A stretch of 64,000 bases of DNA from Vicugna vicugna. Its lineage: Eukaryota. This document shows, piece by piece, positions 36,401 through 50,706 of the stretch (the first letter of the stretch is position 1; each line of letters begins with the position of its first letter). Where the stretch lies: contig MU061578.1 of assembly GCA_013265495.1 (NCBI GenBank), positions 4,909,308 to 4,973,307 on the forward strand, read 5' to 3'. Below the pieces are notes generated by a model. That model did no database searches. It had not been told where the DNA came from and worked only from the letters and a program-made list of their open reading frames with translations. The position numbers and the translations under genes are program-made.

Positions 36401-39400
36401 GCATTATGAAAAAAATTTTCAGTTCAGAAAATGGGTATTGTAGTTTGAAGTGTGGTGGTGGAACATAACCTTTATGGAATAAAATCATGTGATGATTTAT
36501 GTTCTTAATGTTTCAGGGCTGCCGAAAAAGGGAATTTTGAAGCTGCTGTGAAGCTGGGCATAGCCTACCTCTACAATGAAGGCCGTAAGTCCTCAAGGGG
36601 GTGGGGCCGAGGCTGGGGCTGGCCTCGCCCCACTTGGTATTGACATTGTAGAGTAAGCATGAGCCCTTGCCAGTGTTAGCAGTTTAGTTGCTGTTCTTAC
36701 TGTGTCTGGCTGTGTACTGTCTTCCCTTGGGAGCTTGTTCCCAGAGTGCCCTGCTCAGGGACCCACTGATGAACTTTGATTTTGTAGGTTGGGAGAGCCA
36801 CCTCTTGTTTTAACAAAACTTTAATTTTGATTGACAAAGAGTGACTCTGAGCAGAGACTCAGAATGGGGACTCCTTAGGCAAGCCAGCCTTTTCCTTGGC
36901 TGCCTGCCCTCTGTCCAGTTAACACCACAGCCCGGGTGTAGACACTGGCTTCTCTCCTTGGCCGTAGTTCATCTGTGGAACTGGGGGCAGCGGTCAAAGC
37001 ATGCCAGATTCTAGGTGTCCATAACACAGGTAGCTGAGGCTCCAAGCAGGGGGCAAGTACAAGCAGGTCAAAGCTGGCCTGGTACCTAAGGTTCCTTCAC
37101 CCACAAGGGGTGAGTGTTCCTTGAAAGACTTGTGCGGCCCTCTCTCCCAATTCTTTCCTGTCTGCTAAGCACAGTAAGGAACCAACTTTCCTGTCCCCAC
37201 TCCCGGGATGCAGAAAGACTTGGGTATGGCCACTAGTTTTCTGCCTCTAAAAGATCTGGCTTCTTGCTGAGAGATCACCCCTACACCCAGCTGGTTGACA
37301 GGACTGTTGTGCCCTGGAGACAATGAGCAGTGCTGCTCCAGGCTCAGGAGAGCTGTGGTCCTGCCCCTGCCCTCCCATCAGTGTTTCCCAGACATGATTC
37401 ACATACTGTTTCACTCACCCATGTGAAGTGTGTAGTTCAATGGTTTTTAGTGTATTGAGTCATGCAACTGTCACCATTAATTTTGGAATACTCTCATTAC
37501 CCCAAAAGGAAACAGGGTCCCCGTTACCCTCAGGGGCTGAGCAGTAATTCCACCCCCTGGAAGGAGGGTGGGCACTTGATGCCTCCAAAGCGGGAACACC
37601 TCCGATCTGAAGCCAGGCTGCTGGGAGGGACTGGCAGAGGCACATGATTCACACAACAGAGGAAGAAAAATAGGAGCCCCGATCCTGCCTCTGCTGTCCT
37701 AAAACACCAGCAACTTCCCATTGCAGCAGGCTTGAGGTTTCAGACATTCCAGAAAGACTGTGGGGACCTGTCCGCATCTGTCCTCCAGAGACATCCCTGA
37801 CCACTGGGCTGTGTTCTGTGGTCTCTGCAGTGTCTGTGTCCGATGAGGCCCGTGCGGAAGTGAATGGCCTGAAGGCCTCTCGCTTCTTCAGTCTCACTGA
37901 GCGACTGAATGTGGGGGCTGCACCCTTCATCTGGCTCTTCATTCGCCCGCCCTGGTCGGTGTCCGGAAGCTGCTGCAAGGCCGTGGTACACGAGAGCCTC
38001 CAGGCGGAGTGCCAGCTGCAGAAAGTGAGTCTGGCCAGGAGTGCCTGTGGGGTCTGAGGAGGAGAGAAAACCTGCAGGGGAGATGCTGTGGACCAGTCAA
38101 GTCTGGGACCTGAGGGCAGTGGAGGCACAGAAAACAGTGCAGATGTGGCAGCATCTGGCTAGCAGGAGAGGAGGCCTCAGAGCCAGGGTCTGGGGGTCAG
38201 GTGAGGGGCCACACTGCAGATGGGCTAAGCTAACTGTTGGAAAGGCAGGACACAGACTCCGTGAGGTCCTCTGTATGGTGGGGCGGGGAACACCAGGATC
38301 TGCGGACGGAGGGGGCAGCCCCCTGGAAGTTCTCTGTGCTGACAGTCACACTTCTTTTTCCTCCTTTTTAGACCCACAGAGCGTCCATACTGCACTGCTT
38401 GGGGAGAGTGCTGAGTCTTTTCGAGGTGAGTCCAGTTGTCCATCCTACCAGGGCCTTGCGTTGTTTGATGTCCTGGCCCAGGTGAGCAGGCAGAGCACAG
38501 TGGCCCCGAGTCTCTGTGCCGCTTGCCTTTCTGGCAGCCACAAGCACTGAGGACCAGAAAGTACATACAAGGCAGCAGATGGGGGCATCCCAAGTTCAAA
38601 GCCAAGGCGAGCCCTGTCTGTGAGGCTATGTGAAGCCAAGCAGAGCATTGGAGTGTGATGGACCCCCGGGGCTATTTGTTTCAGGGCTCTGCTGTGGGCG
38701 GGTCTCTCCACTCCCCACGCAGGCCTCTCCACCCTCGAGAAAGCTATATTGAGCTTTGTGATTAAGGAACCCCTTCTGCAGCAGACTTGAGGCAGTGACA
38801 GCAGCAGGGAGGGACACTGAGTGTGAGCGAGGAGCTGGAAGGGCCTTGAAAAACCACCACCGACACCCTGCGGGTAGTGCGGTAAGGGGAGCTGACACTT
38901 GGAGACACAAAGCTGAGTCCAGCACAAACGCCGGGCAGGAGGAAGCAGGGCCTGTGAGTGCAGAGCTCACGGGCTCGTGCCATCCTGGTTGTCAGATCGT
39001 GTGTCTTCAGGAAAGTTGTTTCTACTCCAGTTTAGGTAACTCATTGTAGTAAAGATGAGAGCCGTCTGTGCGGTTACTTAGAGGTACTTGTTCTAGGATG
39101 AAGAGAAACAGAAGCAGGCCCGGGACCTGTTTGAAGAGTCGGCCAATCAGGGGTGTTTGACCAGCTCGTACCTCCTCTGGGAAAGTGACAGAAAGACGGA
39201 CGTGAGTGAACCCAGATCTGGGAGAGGGTGCATTATGTGGGCCAGAAGCACAGTCTCCACACTGACTCTTGGACAAGATTCTGTCAACACAGATGGTTCT
39301 CTGGGGCCCCGGGAGCTGCTGGTCATCAGGCTGTTCTCAGCGCTGCTCCCCAAAACGACCACCACCATTTGGGGGATAAAGGGCTGGGAAGAAAGCACAG

Positions 39401-42400
39401 CTCAGGACCCTTTGGAAGTGTCGGGGGAACATTTAAGAACCCCACAGGTTGGTTCTGAGATTCTCCAGAGACACAACCATGTAAGGGCATGGTGACTCTC
39501 CTGTTGACAGATGTCAGATCCCGGACGATGCCTCCACAGCTTCCGGAAACTCAGGGACTTTGCTGCCAAAGGTTGCTGGGAAGCGCAGGTGAGCTGAGAG
39601 CTACCCTTTGTTTTTAGACCTCCTCTTGTGGGGACCACGGGGGCAAGGCTGCTGGGTTCCCACTCAGGAGGCAGTGAGAGTGGCCCAGGGCTTAGAACTG
39701 AGTCTTAAAGGAGTTTAGCTCTGAGGTGTGCAGGGAGGAGAGCCCCAAAGTGCTTTCTTCATCTCTGCCCATCTCCAGCCTCAGTGCCCATTGCCCGTAA
39801 GCCAGCCAGCCTCTCATTTTTAAGTGCTGTGGACTGCATCTAATATCAAAATTTATACTGCTCCCTCAAGTCCTGTAGGTGAAGCATCTTGGAAACAGAA
39901 CTTGAGGCTCCTTGGAGCAGACGGGTGTGTGGAATGCATTATCTGACCTCACTGGGTTGGCCAGTGTTGGAACCAGGACATCAGGGATTTGTAGTTGGTG
40001 ATCTCCAGACACTCCCTGTGTAGCTGCAAAGAAGTCACTGTTTCAGGACATATCAAAGGAAGTCCCCCTATACCGAGCTGATAGAAGCTCGCTCCTGTCA
40101 CCCTACCAAGTGGGTAGTTGAGGGACATCTGCCCTCAAAAACTAGGGAAGGCGTCACAAAGGGGCTGGGCCAGCCTGACTCATCACAGGATGTTGTAGTG
40201 ATCATGTCTAAGAAGGCGCTCAGCACATTTACAGGAAATATAGCAATGAATAGTGTGGTTCTAGTTCAAGCTCAGACTAATCAGTAAGAATAGTAAGACC
40301 CCATGGAAGTTCAGAGGGCCTCAGTATGCTCAGAAAAGAGGAAGTAAAACAAGCAGTCAAAATACAGGGCAGGTTTGACCTCCCTGCTGGTCGAAAGGGT
40401 GCACGTTTAAAGAGATTGAGGCTGATCTTGTTAGCAACTCATACATAGATATTCTCTGTGTTTTTGAGTGGATAGCTAGTAACTTCTGAAAATACACATC
40501 TTTAACGATGGCAGATTCTGCCAGCAAAGATGTGATAAAACAGTATTCCTATTAGTGAGTAAACAGTGTTCCTATTAGTGGGTGTGAAAATCAGCACAGG
40601 CCTTTCAGGAAGCATCTGGGTCCAAGTGGCGCCTGTGGGTTGACCACGTGCACAGAAGGTGCACCGGACTGCACAAAGGTGAACCTCGAAACCCCTCAAA
40701 GGAAGAACAGGGCAGACGCGTACAGAAGTCTCCTGTCATGAGGAACCATGTGACTATTAGGCAGAAAAGAAAACCTAACACATGTGTGTTTTGTGATCAC
40801 AAATGCACGTACCCGCTGCTTCAAGTGCATAGAAAATTCTGGAAGGAAATACTTAGGGGTGGTCAGTAGTAACTGTTGAGGGCTTAATGGGTCTAGGGCG
40901 GGTCCTGAGCTGGGTGCTGCACATCTCAGTTAACACGTCATCTGTTCAAGAGGTGCTGTTAAACCATCTTGTGAAAAGGGAAACTGAGGTGCCTCAAAGC
41001 CCCCAATTCACCTGTGGTCACACACAGACCCAGCTGTGAAAGCCAGGTCATGCCAGCCTGCAGCCAGCTCTTGGCCACTTTGCCATGTGCTCCTCACCCC
41101 CTGGAGCAACAGCTTTCACTATCATGGTTGAGCAGAAATGAACTGAATTTTTTGGAGAAACTGTGTGGGGCAGGAAGGTGACTGACATTCCATCACACAC
41201 TTTCTGTCCCTTTTCAAATTTTCTGTCACATGATATGTTTCTGATTTCCAAAGGAGTAATTAAACTCTTGGCCCTCGCGGTTCCAGGAGGCTTAGAAGGT
41301 GTAAGTAGGCCAGTGTGTACGCAGGCAGAACCCTCCTCGCATTCGGAAACAGGAACCTCCAAAGCCCCCTACTTCCTTCTCACTCCGTGTGTCTCCTCCC
41401 CCCCCCCCCAACCCCAGCTGTCTTTAGCCAAAGCCTGTGCAAATGGAAACCAGCTCGGACTAGAAACGAAAGCTTCCAATGAGATAGTCTGCCAGCTGTT
41501 CCAGGCCTCCTGCGCCGTCAGTAAGCAGACAGTCTTCTCCGTGCAGAAGGGCCTCAATGACACAATGAGGTGAGGACTCGCACCAGAGCTGATGGGAAGG
41601 CAGAGCGACAGCTGGTCTCTGGGAAGAGGGATCTGGCCTGTTTCAGCTGAGCTTCCCATTAAAGGGCCCTCTGCATTATCAACCCCACTGGGATCACCCC
41701 TAGGGCTGTGTGTTTTCTAATAAAAATCAGTAATGCCTAAGTTATCTGGGACTTTGAAGAGAAAATCTCCCACATCAGTGTCTGCTCTCCAGCTTTCCTT
41801 TTTAAGCCTCAGAATGTACTAAACCATTTTAAACATCTTTCTAAAATGATGCCAAAAACCACCCTTTCTTTGCCACCTATCATTACAGGCATCAAGGGGG
41901 CGGGGGTGGGCGGTGGGGAGGCAGCTGCTGCAGCCTCAAAACCCTGCACACAGGTCCATTTTCCTCCGAGGTTTGGCGAAACACTTTTACCCTCAATCAC
42001 ACAACATGTTAGAGGGTAAAATGGAAAAATGTGACTAATTTTTTTAAGCCTACGCCAGAGATTTCAAACGCATTTTAGGTTCACGATGGGTAGGCTTGGG
42101 CTGTGCTGCAGCAGACAACACCCAGCACGTGGTGCACTCTCTTCCCTGGAGGGGCTGGAGCTCTTACACACAGCAGGGGACACGGTGTCCTTCGCTCCTA
42201 CACTCAGTGTCCCCAAGCGGCTGTGCTTCTGTGTCCTGTGCCTGGGCCCCCTTTGCCCCTTCCTCCTCAGCTGTCCCCCTTTCTCTGGGAAGGAACGTGC
42301 CCTCTCAATTGGCCCTTTCTCTCTCTCTCTTTTTTTTTTGTTGGACTGTTGCCATTCTTTTTCTGTGTGTTGGGGGGCTGAGTTAACATAAATGTAACCT

Positions 42401-45400
42401 TTATTTTCCTTGTCGAGAGTTAAAATAGTTTTATTGAAGTAGTATCATTTCACCTTGAGTTGAGCATCTTGCCATTTTCCTCTATGTCAGGCAACAGCCA
42501 ACTTCTTCCCCCTTTTTTTTTCCCATTGCGTTATAATTGACATGTAACATTATGTTAATGTCAGATTTAACCATTTCAAAGGGTACAGTCCAGTTGGTCT
42601 GTTTTTATGAGTCTGATGTCACGCTTGTCCAGTGTGTCTGCACTGGGGAGCGTCCACTGCTAGTCCCAGTTGTGGCTGGTGTGAACCTCAAACATCTGGC
42701 CTGGTGCTGCCTTCCTCTCACCTCCTTCCCTCCCCGGCTCCCCTACTCAGCCTCGTTACTCCCTCCTTTCTTCTGTCCATGGAAGATGCTTCTGTCTGGC
42801 CTGACACCTGGAGCCGTCCCTCCTGTCCACGCAGAGTCCTGTGGCACCAAGTTTCTTCTCCCTCTTGCTTCTGTTCTCTCCATCCCATCTTCTTTGTTGA
42901 AAAAGGCGTTTACCGTACTCCGGCATCCGTGCCACTGCATGCTGTGTTCTCCTGTGACGTCTGTCCTGGCCCAGCGTTTAGCCCCCTCGAGGAGGGACCC
43001 CATGTCTGCTGGCTCTGTCAGCCCGAGTCTTCCCTTGGGGTTGCTAGGTGACTGAGAGCACAGGTCGCTGCAACCTGCTCTAGCTGTGTTCCTGGCTCTT
43101 GGCTCCACTGCAGAGGCTTGTGATAAATGAGTCCACGGGTGAGCTGTTCCTCCAGGAGAAGACATGTTTGCAGGCAGGCAAACTTTGAGGGGCTTTTCTC
43201 CTGTCCTGTGACCAATCCCCAGTCCTACAGACTGGACCCACTTTGCCCCTGATGGTCCAGGCTCATCCAGAGCCTAGGGGCCCCGAGGTTGGGGATGCAG
43301 AGCACACATGTGTGTAGCCCACCTGCCTCCCGGGAACCAAGTTCAGGGTCGTGGGGCCACCCAGCCCCTTTGGACAGGGTGTCTCAGCCTCAGACGGATA
43401 CTTGGGGACACCGATGATGTCTCAAGTGACCTGCTCACTGCTCAGGACAGACAGGCTGCACAGGGATGGGAGACGGGACATCGTGAATGCTTGCCCTGGT
43501 TTTCAGGAGTGGTGCTCTTCCCACAGGTACATCCTGATTGACTGGCTGGTAGAAGTCGCCACCATGAAGGACTTCACGAGCCTGTGCCTTCACCTGACCG
43601 TGGAGTGCGTGGACCGGTACCTGCGGAGGCGGCTGGTGCCCCGGTACAGGCTCCAGCTGCTGGGCATCGCCTGCATGGTCATCTGCACCCGGTGAGGAGC
43701 CTCATGCAGCCAGGCTGTGTCCAGTTCATAGGCTGGCTTTTCAGTGAAATAAGCCTTCAGCACCCCACCTCGTTTTGGGGGATTTTAGTTTTAGGGGGTG
43801 CCCTGCCAAGTGGTCCTTCTCACACAGGGGTGGCAGAGCACCCCAGCATGTAGTCTCAGGACCCAGAATTCGGCCTCACTCGGGCAGGCTTAGGCTGGAC
43901 CCCGCTCCCTGTGGCTCCTGAGGACAACACTGCGATGAAGAAGGGTCATAGTAGGCTGCCCCCACTGGTTGAGTTCTCAACTCCGTGTCCAGAGACCTGC
44001 ATTTAGTGGGTCTCATGTGTTCACCACAACTCCCCACAGAGCCCACTCCAACCACAAGAGGCAGCCTGCACCTATATAGCAATGACTTTTCAAATCAGAC
44101 CATATTAAGTTTTACCTAAATCTACCTTCCTTTAGTACCTCCTCACTCAGTTTTGCCGTTGGAAGCAATGTGAATGGCAATTCCCACTATACATTTTGCA
44201 TTTTCTTGTTTTTCTAAACCAGACATCTCCTGCACGGTCTGCCATCCCCCCTGGGCAGTGCTTTCCAGACCAACCATCCTTGTCTGTAGGGCTTACTGTA
44301 CACAGTGGTGTCAACTACAAAGAGATAGATTTCTCTTTTGTACACTAACCCAGAGGCAGAGGGTTCAGGCTTATGTCATTGGTTTTTCTGTTCCGTGAGG
44401 TCATGAAGGAGCCCCAGTTCCTGTCTTGCTTTCTGCTACCCCCCGTGGCCCCTGAGGCCACCATGTCCAACTTTGCTATGAGCTCAGTCTTGTGGCCATG
44501 ACGGGAACTGGGAAGAGTGGTGTCTGGGTGGGTGTGGAGGCAGGGTCCCACGTCCACAGGCAGAGGGCTCGTGGGCTCGGGGTCAGTACTCAGACTGCCA
44601 CGTGCTGTACGGCACCTCTCACTTGTGCTCTTGGAACCCAGTGTTCCAGGTCGTGTCACCAGAGAGGGCTGAACAGATGGCTCCCCAGCCTCCCTGGATC
44701 TAAACTGCATAATTCTGTCCTTGCAATAAGAGACCAAGATACTGGACCACAGACTGGCCAGCAGTGGGATAATAATTGCTTAAAAAGATTTGTAGAGGCT
44801 GAGATGCCCCTGCCTCCACTCTCAAAGCAGCTCCAAGCACAGGGCTCTTGTCTGTCCCACTCGCATAATATTCTCTTAGCACCTGCAGTCCTCACACTTC
44901 CTATCCTCTCTCTTGGCTGTGCCCACAGCAAACGGGGTTGCTGCTGAGTCCCTGAAGCAAAGTGGCTGAGGGCTTGGCCCTGGTCCACCTTGCCTGGGGA
45001 GGTGCCCTTAGCAGGCTGCTGGCCCAGCATGTTCCCTGACAGTTAGCACTGGTGGGGAGTGGAGAACAGGGTGGCCAGCTGCCTAAGGACAGTCACATTC
45101 CTGTGACCAGACCTTCCAACAACCTCTAGCTCAGGTTCTGCTGGCTCACCTGCCTTCTGGATTTAAGCTGTTTATACCCATTCCATAGAAGCGGGCACAA
45201 GCAGGGCAAAACCTCATCCCTAGGTCGTTAAGAGGATTGACCCGTCTCAGCATTGAGGGTGCATTTTGCAGAAGCATCTGCGTGCCTAGCGGTCCAGCCA
45301 CTCCCACTGCTGCTGGCCTGTGTGCTAATCCCTCTTCCCTTCCGGCCCCCATGACAGGCTCCTGTGACCTTTTCAGTTCCCTTCAGTGGCTAGGGGCAGC

Positions 45401-48400
45401 TAGGTCCACTCTTTGCACTCCCCACACCTGTCACTGAAGCCTAAAGTGATTGCCCCACTGAGGGGAGTGGGCTGAGTTCTCAGACCCCCTCTCAACACTA
45501 GGTTCATCAGCAAGGAGATCCTGACCATCCGAGAGGCCGTGTGGCTCACAGACAACACGTACAAATACGAGGACCTGGTGAGGATGATGGGGGAAATCAC
45601 CTCCGCCCTGGAAGGGAAGATTCGAGTAAGTGGCCGTTTCCTTTTTCTTTCTGAATCCAAGTTGAGGTCTCGTGGGGCCAGGAAGAGCAGAAGGCATCCA
45701 CCTGGGCACTGAGCTCTCCTGCTCTGGGAAGTCCTCCTGGACTTCTCATCACTGCACGCCCTGGTGTTCAGCCTGAACGTGCCAAAGAGTGGGGTTTCTG
45801 AAGATCAGCCTTCCCACTGAATAGGGGAATGAGCCCTCCGTGTGCTGAGACCCCATGTCCATTTTGTTCCATCTAGGTCCCCACCGTGGTCGATTACAAG
45901 GATGTCCTGCTGACACTGGTCCCCATGGCAGCAAGAACCCAACACCTGTGCAGCTTCCTCTGTGAGCTCTCCCTGCTGCACACCAGCCTGGCCGCCTATG
46001 CCCCAGCCCACCTGGCTGCAGCTGCCCTGCTCCTAGCAAGGCTGACACATGGGCAGAGTAAGGAGCTGATACTTTCTGCCAGCCCCATGGGCTGAGCCAG
46101 TGGTCGGGGGGGATTCCTGGAGTCAGGAGACAGTGCTGAGATTCAAGGGGGGATGGAGAGAGAAAGAAACGTGTTCATCTCTCCCTGAGAAGGGGACACC
46201 AGAATGGAACAAAAGCCATTGTCTGGGGGTGAGATTAGATACAGTTCTAGTGTATTTCCCACCCTGTGGACAGAGAGCATGCATGCTTTGTCTATGGGGT
46301 ACTTTCAATGCTGAGCCCTAGGAAACCCCATAACAGAACCATCAGAGCTGTCGGGCATGAGTGGGCATCAGAATGGCCCCACTATTCCTGCTTTCCTCCC
46401 CAGCCCAGCCCTGGACCACTCGGCTGTGGGACCTCACTGGGTTCTCCTGTGAAGACCTCATACCCTGTGTCCTAAGCCTTCATCAGAAGTGGTGAGTCTA
46501 TAAGGAAGTGAGTCCTCCCACCTGCCACACACAACACACACAGGGGTGTGTTCCCAAGTACCACAAGTGAAAGGGGGAATTCGCTTTCCCGTGAAGGCTG
46601 TCAAGTCACACCGACCTTCCCCACTGAGCTGCGTGTTTCAGGGTTGACATTTAGAAATTCCAGGGCCATGTTGCTTATTTCACACGTTTTTAACACTTGA
46701 TGTGTGTGCAGCACCTCCTCCCAACCCAAACCTAAGTCCACAGGGAGTAATTTTGGTGTAGGAAAAGTTGTCGTACAGGTCTGGGGTCGGAATACTGCGG
46801 CCCCAGGCACACGTAGACTGAGTGTGCTTCACGCTGGGGCCTCTCCTCTCTTCCCAACTCAGCTTGGCTTGTAGACTCGCTCCTCCCACTCTTCAGTCCC
46901 TCCTGCACTCCTTTCTCTGCCAGGCTCATTGCCTCGGTGTCCCTTCCCCCCACACAAGGGACTGGGTAATTCTGGTTTTCTGCCTGTCCTCAGATGTTCC
47001 CTGGGAGACTTTGGGGATTCGAAACCCATCTAAATGCTAGCCTCTGTCCTAAGCCGCAGACCCCGCTGACAGCTTTTCCTCCAAGCCGGGCTCGCTAGCT
47101 TCCCCCAGCCATTCCTTGTAGATTTCACTGGGCGCTTGGTGGACAAGGCCTGTTCATCCTAGCAGAGACCTCATGCCAGCCCACTTCTCTGTCCCTGCGT
47201 CCCAGCGGTTCTCAGGGCCAGTGCACCTTCACACATCTCGTGACCTGCTCCCCTCGGCTGCTGCTGCCTGCCCACCATCACTCCCCCAGCCGCCTCCTCG
47301 ATTACCACGAGGCAGCCTCTGAGTAGTCACTTGTGCTAACACCTTCTGGGATGTCAGAACTCCGGCACTAGGTTGAAGGTTCCTCTGACTGGCCCCTTCT
47401 GACCCATTTGCCATTTCTCCCCTTCCTTGCTCACCCAGGGAGCCTGTCAGCATTTACTGGGGTGGCATGCACACTGTTTATACTGCAGTGCCCAGATCTC
47501 ATAGCAGAGTGATGGGGTGCATGGGTGACATCAGCAGGTCAGCATGTGTCTGACCCCAAGTTTGCTTAGACGAGTGCAGATAGCTGTTACCTGACGCTGG
47601 CTACCAAGAGCTCTTGATTGGCTGCCTCCCTGCCCCTGGAAGTTTTCTTTCTTTTTTTTTTTTTTCAAGATCAGATAAATTGGAAACAAGTATTTATTTA
47701 TAAACAAAAACTTTTAAGTGTACAATTCAACAGGCTCTTAGTATATTGAGTTGTGCAGCCATCACCACCATCAGTTTTAGAACACTTCCCTCCACTCTCA
47801 AAACAAACCCCACACTCCTTACCTATCACCTCCCTATTTCCCCTCCAACCACCCCAGCAAACACTTACTACTTCCTAGCTCTGTGGTTTGCCTGTTCTGG
47901 ACATTTTGTAGAAATGGAATCATGCAATACGTGGCCTTTTGTGACTGGCCTCTTTTACCTACATAATGTTCTCATCTGCACTAACTGTCCACTGGATGGA
48001 GGGACCGCATTTTGTTTATTTGTTCCTGCATTGATGGACGTGTGGGTTTTTTTCCACCTTCTGGCTGTTGTGAATGATGCTGCAGTGAACATTTCTGTCT
48101 GGTTTCCATGTGGACTTCCATTCACATTTCTCTAGGGGGTGCACCTGGGAGTGGGAATGCTGGGTCATGGTGACTGCTTTTAACTGAGGTACTGCCAGAC
48201 CATCGACCACAGCAATGCTGGATTTTATTCCCAGTGCTGGGCTGTTTTTCAAAATGTCTTGTCCTCTCTCACTTCAGTGAGTGGAAGCAAAAAATGAGCC
48301 TCTTGGAGTGGACATGCTGGTGCTGCCTGCCACCCACTGCCACTCACATGTCCCTCTGTTGGCAGCTTCCACGATGATGTCCCCAAGGACTACAGGCAAG

Positions 48401-50706
48401 TCTCTCTTACTGCCGTGAAGCAGCGATTCGAGGACAAGCGCTATGGAGAGATCAGCCAGGAAGAGGTGCCACTCAGGCTGCTGATGGGGTGCTGGGGCGG
48501 GAGGCAGGGGTGCCCGCCTGCCCCTCGGGGCCTCTTCCCTCCCTCTGACCACAGCTTCCTCTCAGGTGCTGAGCTACGGCCAGTTGTGTGCAGCTCTTGG
48601 AGTGAAACAGGAGAGCCCGGAACCTGCATCTTTCCTCAGCGCGGGGGAAATTCACACTTTCCTCAGCTCTCCCTCCGGAAGGAGAACCAAGCGGTTAGTA
48701 AGCCCCAGGTCCATAATGGCGAGATGCAGCGTTAGCTCCTCTGTGCCAGGCCTGGGTTCCCTGGTGACCCCGCAGCCATCTGAGGGGCTCCCTTTACACG
48801 GGGCTCCTTAGGCAAAGCATGGAGAAGAGCAGATGCCGAGAAAACTGAAGCCAGGGTTGACCTCAGGCCCCTGGGCCTAATCCCCTGTCTGCAATCCCAT
48901 CTGCTTTCTCCAGCCTGGCTCTCCTGCCTTAACCTGATTCCCTTTGAGGGAAGACAGTCTTGAGCCCAGACTGGGCCCACTCAGGCTCTGGCCCTGCCAC
49001 ATGCCAGGCACGAGCCGCCCTGGGCCCTTCTGCCCACCGTGCTGCCGTCACTCCAGAGGTACCCTGACTAAGGTTCTCAGTATTTTCTTGTTCCCTCGTC
49101 TCCCGTATGTATTCCATTTAACCTGTCTGTCCTCTCATTGTCCTGGATCTACTGCCTGGAATAATGTCCCCTCCCCACCTGAAGAACTCCTATTGATCCT
49201 ACAAAGTCCAGATGAGCAGGACCCTCACTGTGCTCCTGGACCTGCCTCTGCCAATCTGTGCCATGAGCTTCTGAGGGCCGTGTCACCCTTGCTCACAACA
49301 CGTGGGGGCAGGGTGGGCAGGTGCCAGGAGTCAGCCTGGGCCTCCCAACACGGCTGCCTATGACAGGTTCCTGGCTCTTCCGCCCTACAGGAAACGGGAG
49401 AACAGCCTCCAGGAGGACAGGGGCAGCTTTGTCACCACTCCTACTGCAGAGCTGTCGAGCCAGGAAGAGACGCTGCTGGGCAGCTTCCTAGACTGGAGCC
49501 TGGACTACTGCTCCGGCTACGAGGGCGACCAGGAGAGTGAGGGCGAGAAGGAAGGCGATGGTGAGTGCTGGGGATGGAGAGCCACCAGGGGTCGTGCGAG
49601 GGGCCAGCTTGTGCAGAGGGGCCCCCTCCCCCCTGCCTTACCTGCAGGAGAATATGTCCAGGCAGAGCCCCCAGAACACTACCCTTGGGGAGGAGGGGAC
49701 GTAGGCCCAACCTCTCTCCATCTCTCACTGGACCTGTGTTGATGGAAGGACCTCACCAGGGCAGGGAAGAAGAAGAGATCCTGACTGGAGTTCACAAGAT
49801 CTTTGTAGAACATTGTACAAGATGTGCCTTGCCACTACCCTGTTGGGCTCTGTGCCTCGTGTACCCTCCAGGGCAGCTGCGGGAGGCTCTATCCCCATGT
49901 TCTTAGTCAGCCATCTGAACAGGAAGCCCAGTTCAAGCAGTTTCTGTTGATTTTCCAATTCCTTTTGTGATTAAGTAAATGATTAGATGGCCAGTTGTCA
50001 CTTCCTTCTGTCCCCCAAGTCACATGGGGTGATACCCCAAGCATGAAGGAGGCCCTTCCCCCTCAATTTCTTACCCGAAAGAAAGGGGACTGTCCAGCGA
50101 AGTTCAAGATATGTGACCATGAGTTGGACCCTGGGCTGCCCTGGATCCTGACTGGGGCGGCAGGGGGGTCCACCCCGATGCTCAGGCTCTGACCTGACGA
50201 CCTCTCCCCCAACGTCTCCCACAGTAACGGCTCCCAGCGGTGTCCTTGATGTCACCGTGGTCTACCTGAACCCAGAACAGCACTGCTGCCAGGAATCGAG
50301 CGATGAGGAGGCCTGCCCAGAGGAGGAGGGGTGCCAGGACCTGCACACGTTGGCACCAGGCACCCAGACACCTCAGACCCCAGGGCTTGAGCCCCCTCTC
50401 TGCAGCAGGAGGGGGCCAGGCAAGGACATCACAACCTCAGGGTACTCCTCTGTCAGCAGCGCAAGTCCCACAAACTCCATGGATGTCTTGGGGGACCCTC
50501 CCCGATCTACCTCAGTGCTGTCCCCCGGCAGCAACTTGAACACACAGCCTTGCCACCATCACGCCAGGAAGTCATGTTTACAGTGTCGTTCCCCGAGCCC
50601 CCCGGAGAGCAGTGTTCCCCAACAGCAGGTGAAGAGGAAAAACCTATCCACCCACAGTGAGGAGGAGGAGGAGGAGGACATGAACTTAGGCTTTTTGAAC
50701 CTGTGA
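33200..50706 (+). CDS. CCNF: Cyclin F (FBXO1), 17 coding exons, 788 aa
   Basis: Exons 33200-33215, 34286-34440, 35489-35595, 36517-36584, 37831-38024, 38372-38425, 39097-39201, 39511-39588, 41418-41569, 43527-43691, 45502-45625, 45877-46057, 46404-46491, 48366-48465, 48566-48693, 49391-49560, 50225-50706. All introns are GT-AG and phases join to 2367 nt. Protein starts MGSGGVIHCRCAKCFCYPTKRRIRRRPRN, has the F-box LSLPEDVLFHILKWL, the cyclin box MRYILIDWLVEV and a PEST-rich C-terminus ending DMNLGFLNL. Confidence 0.97.
47690..48210 (-). mobile_element. Old L1 3'-end fragment in a CCNF intron
   Basis: ttttaagtgtacaattcaa...gcctgttctggacattt...aatgatgctgcagtgaacatt...ggaatgctgggtcatg. Confidence 0.75.
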
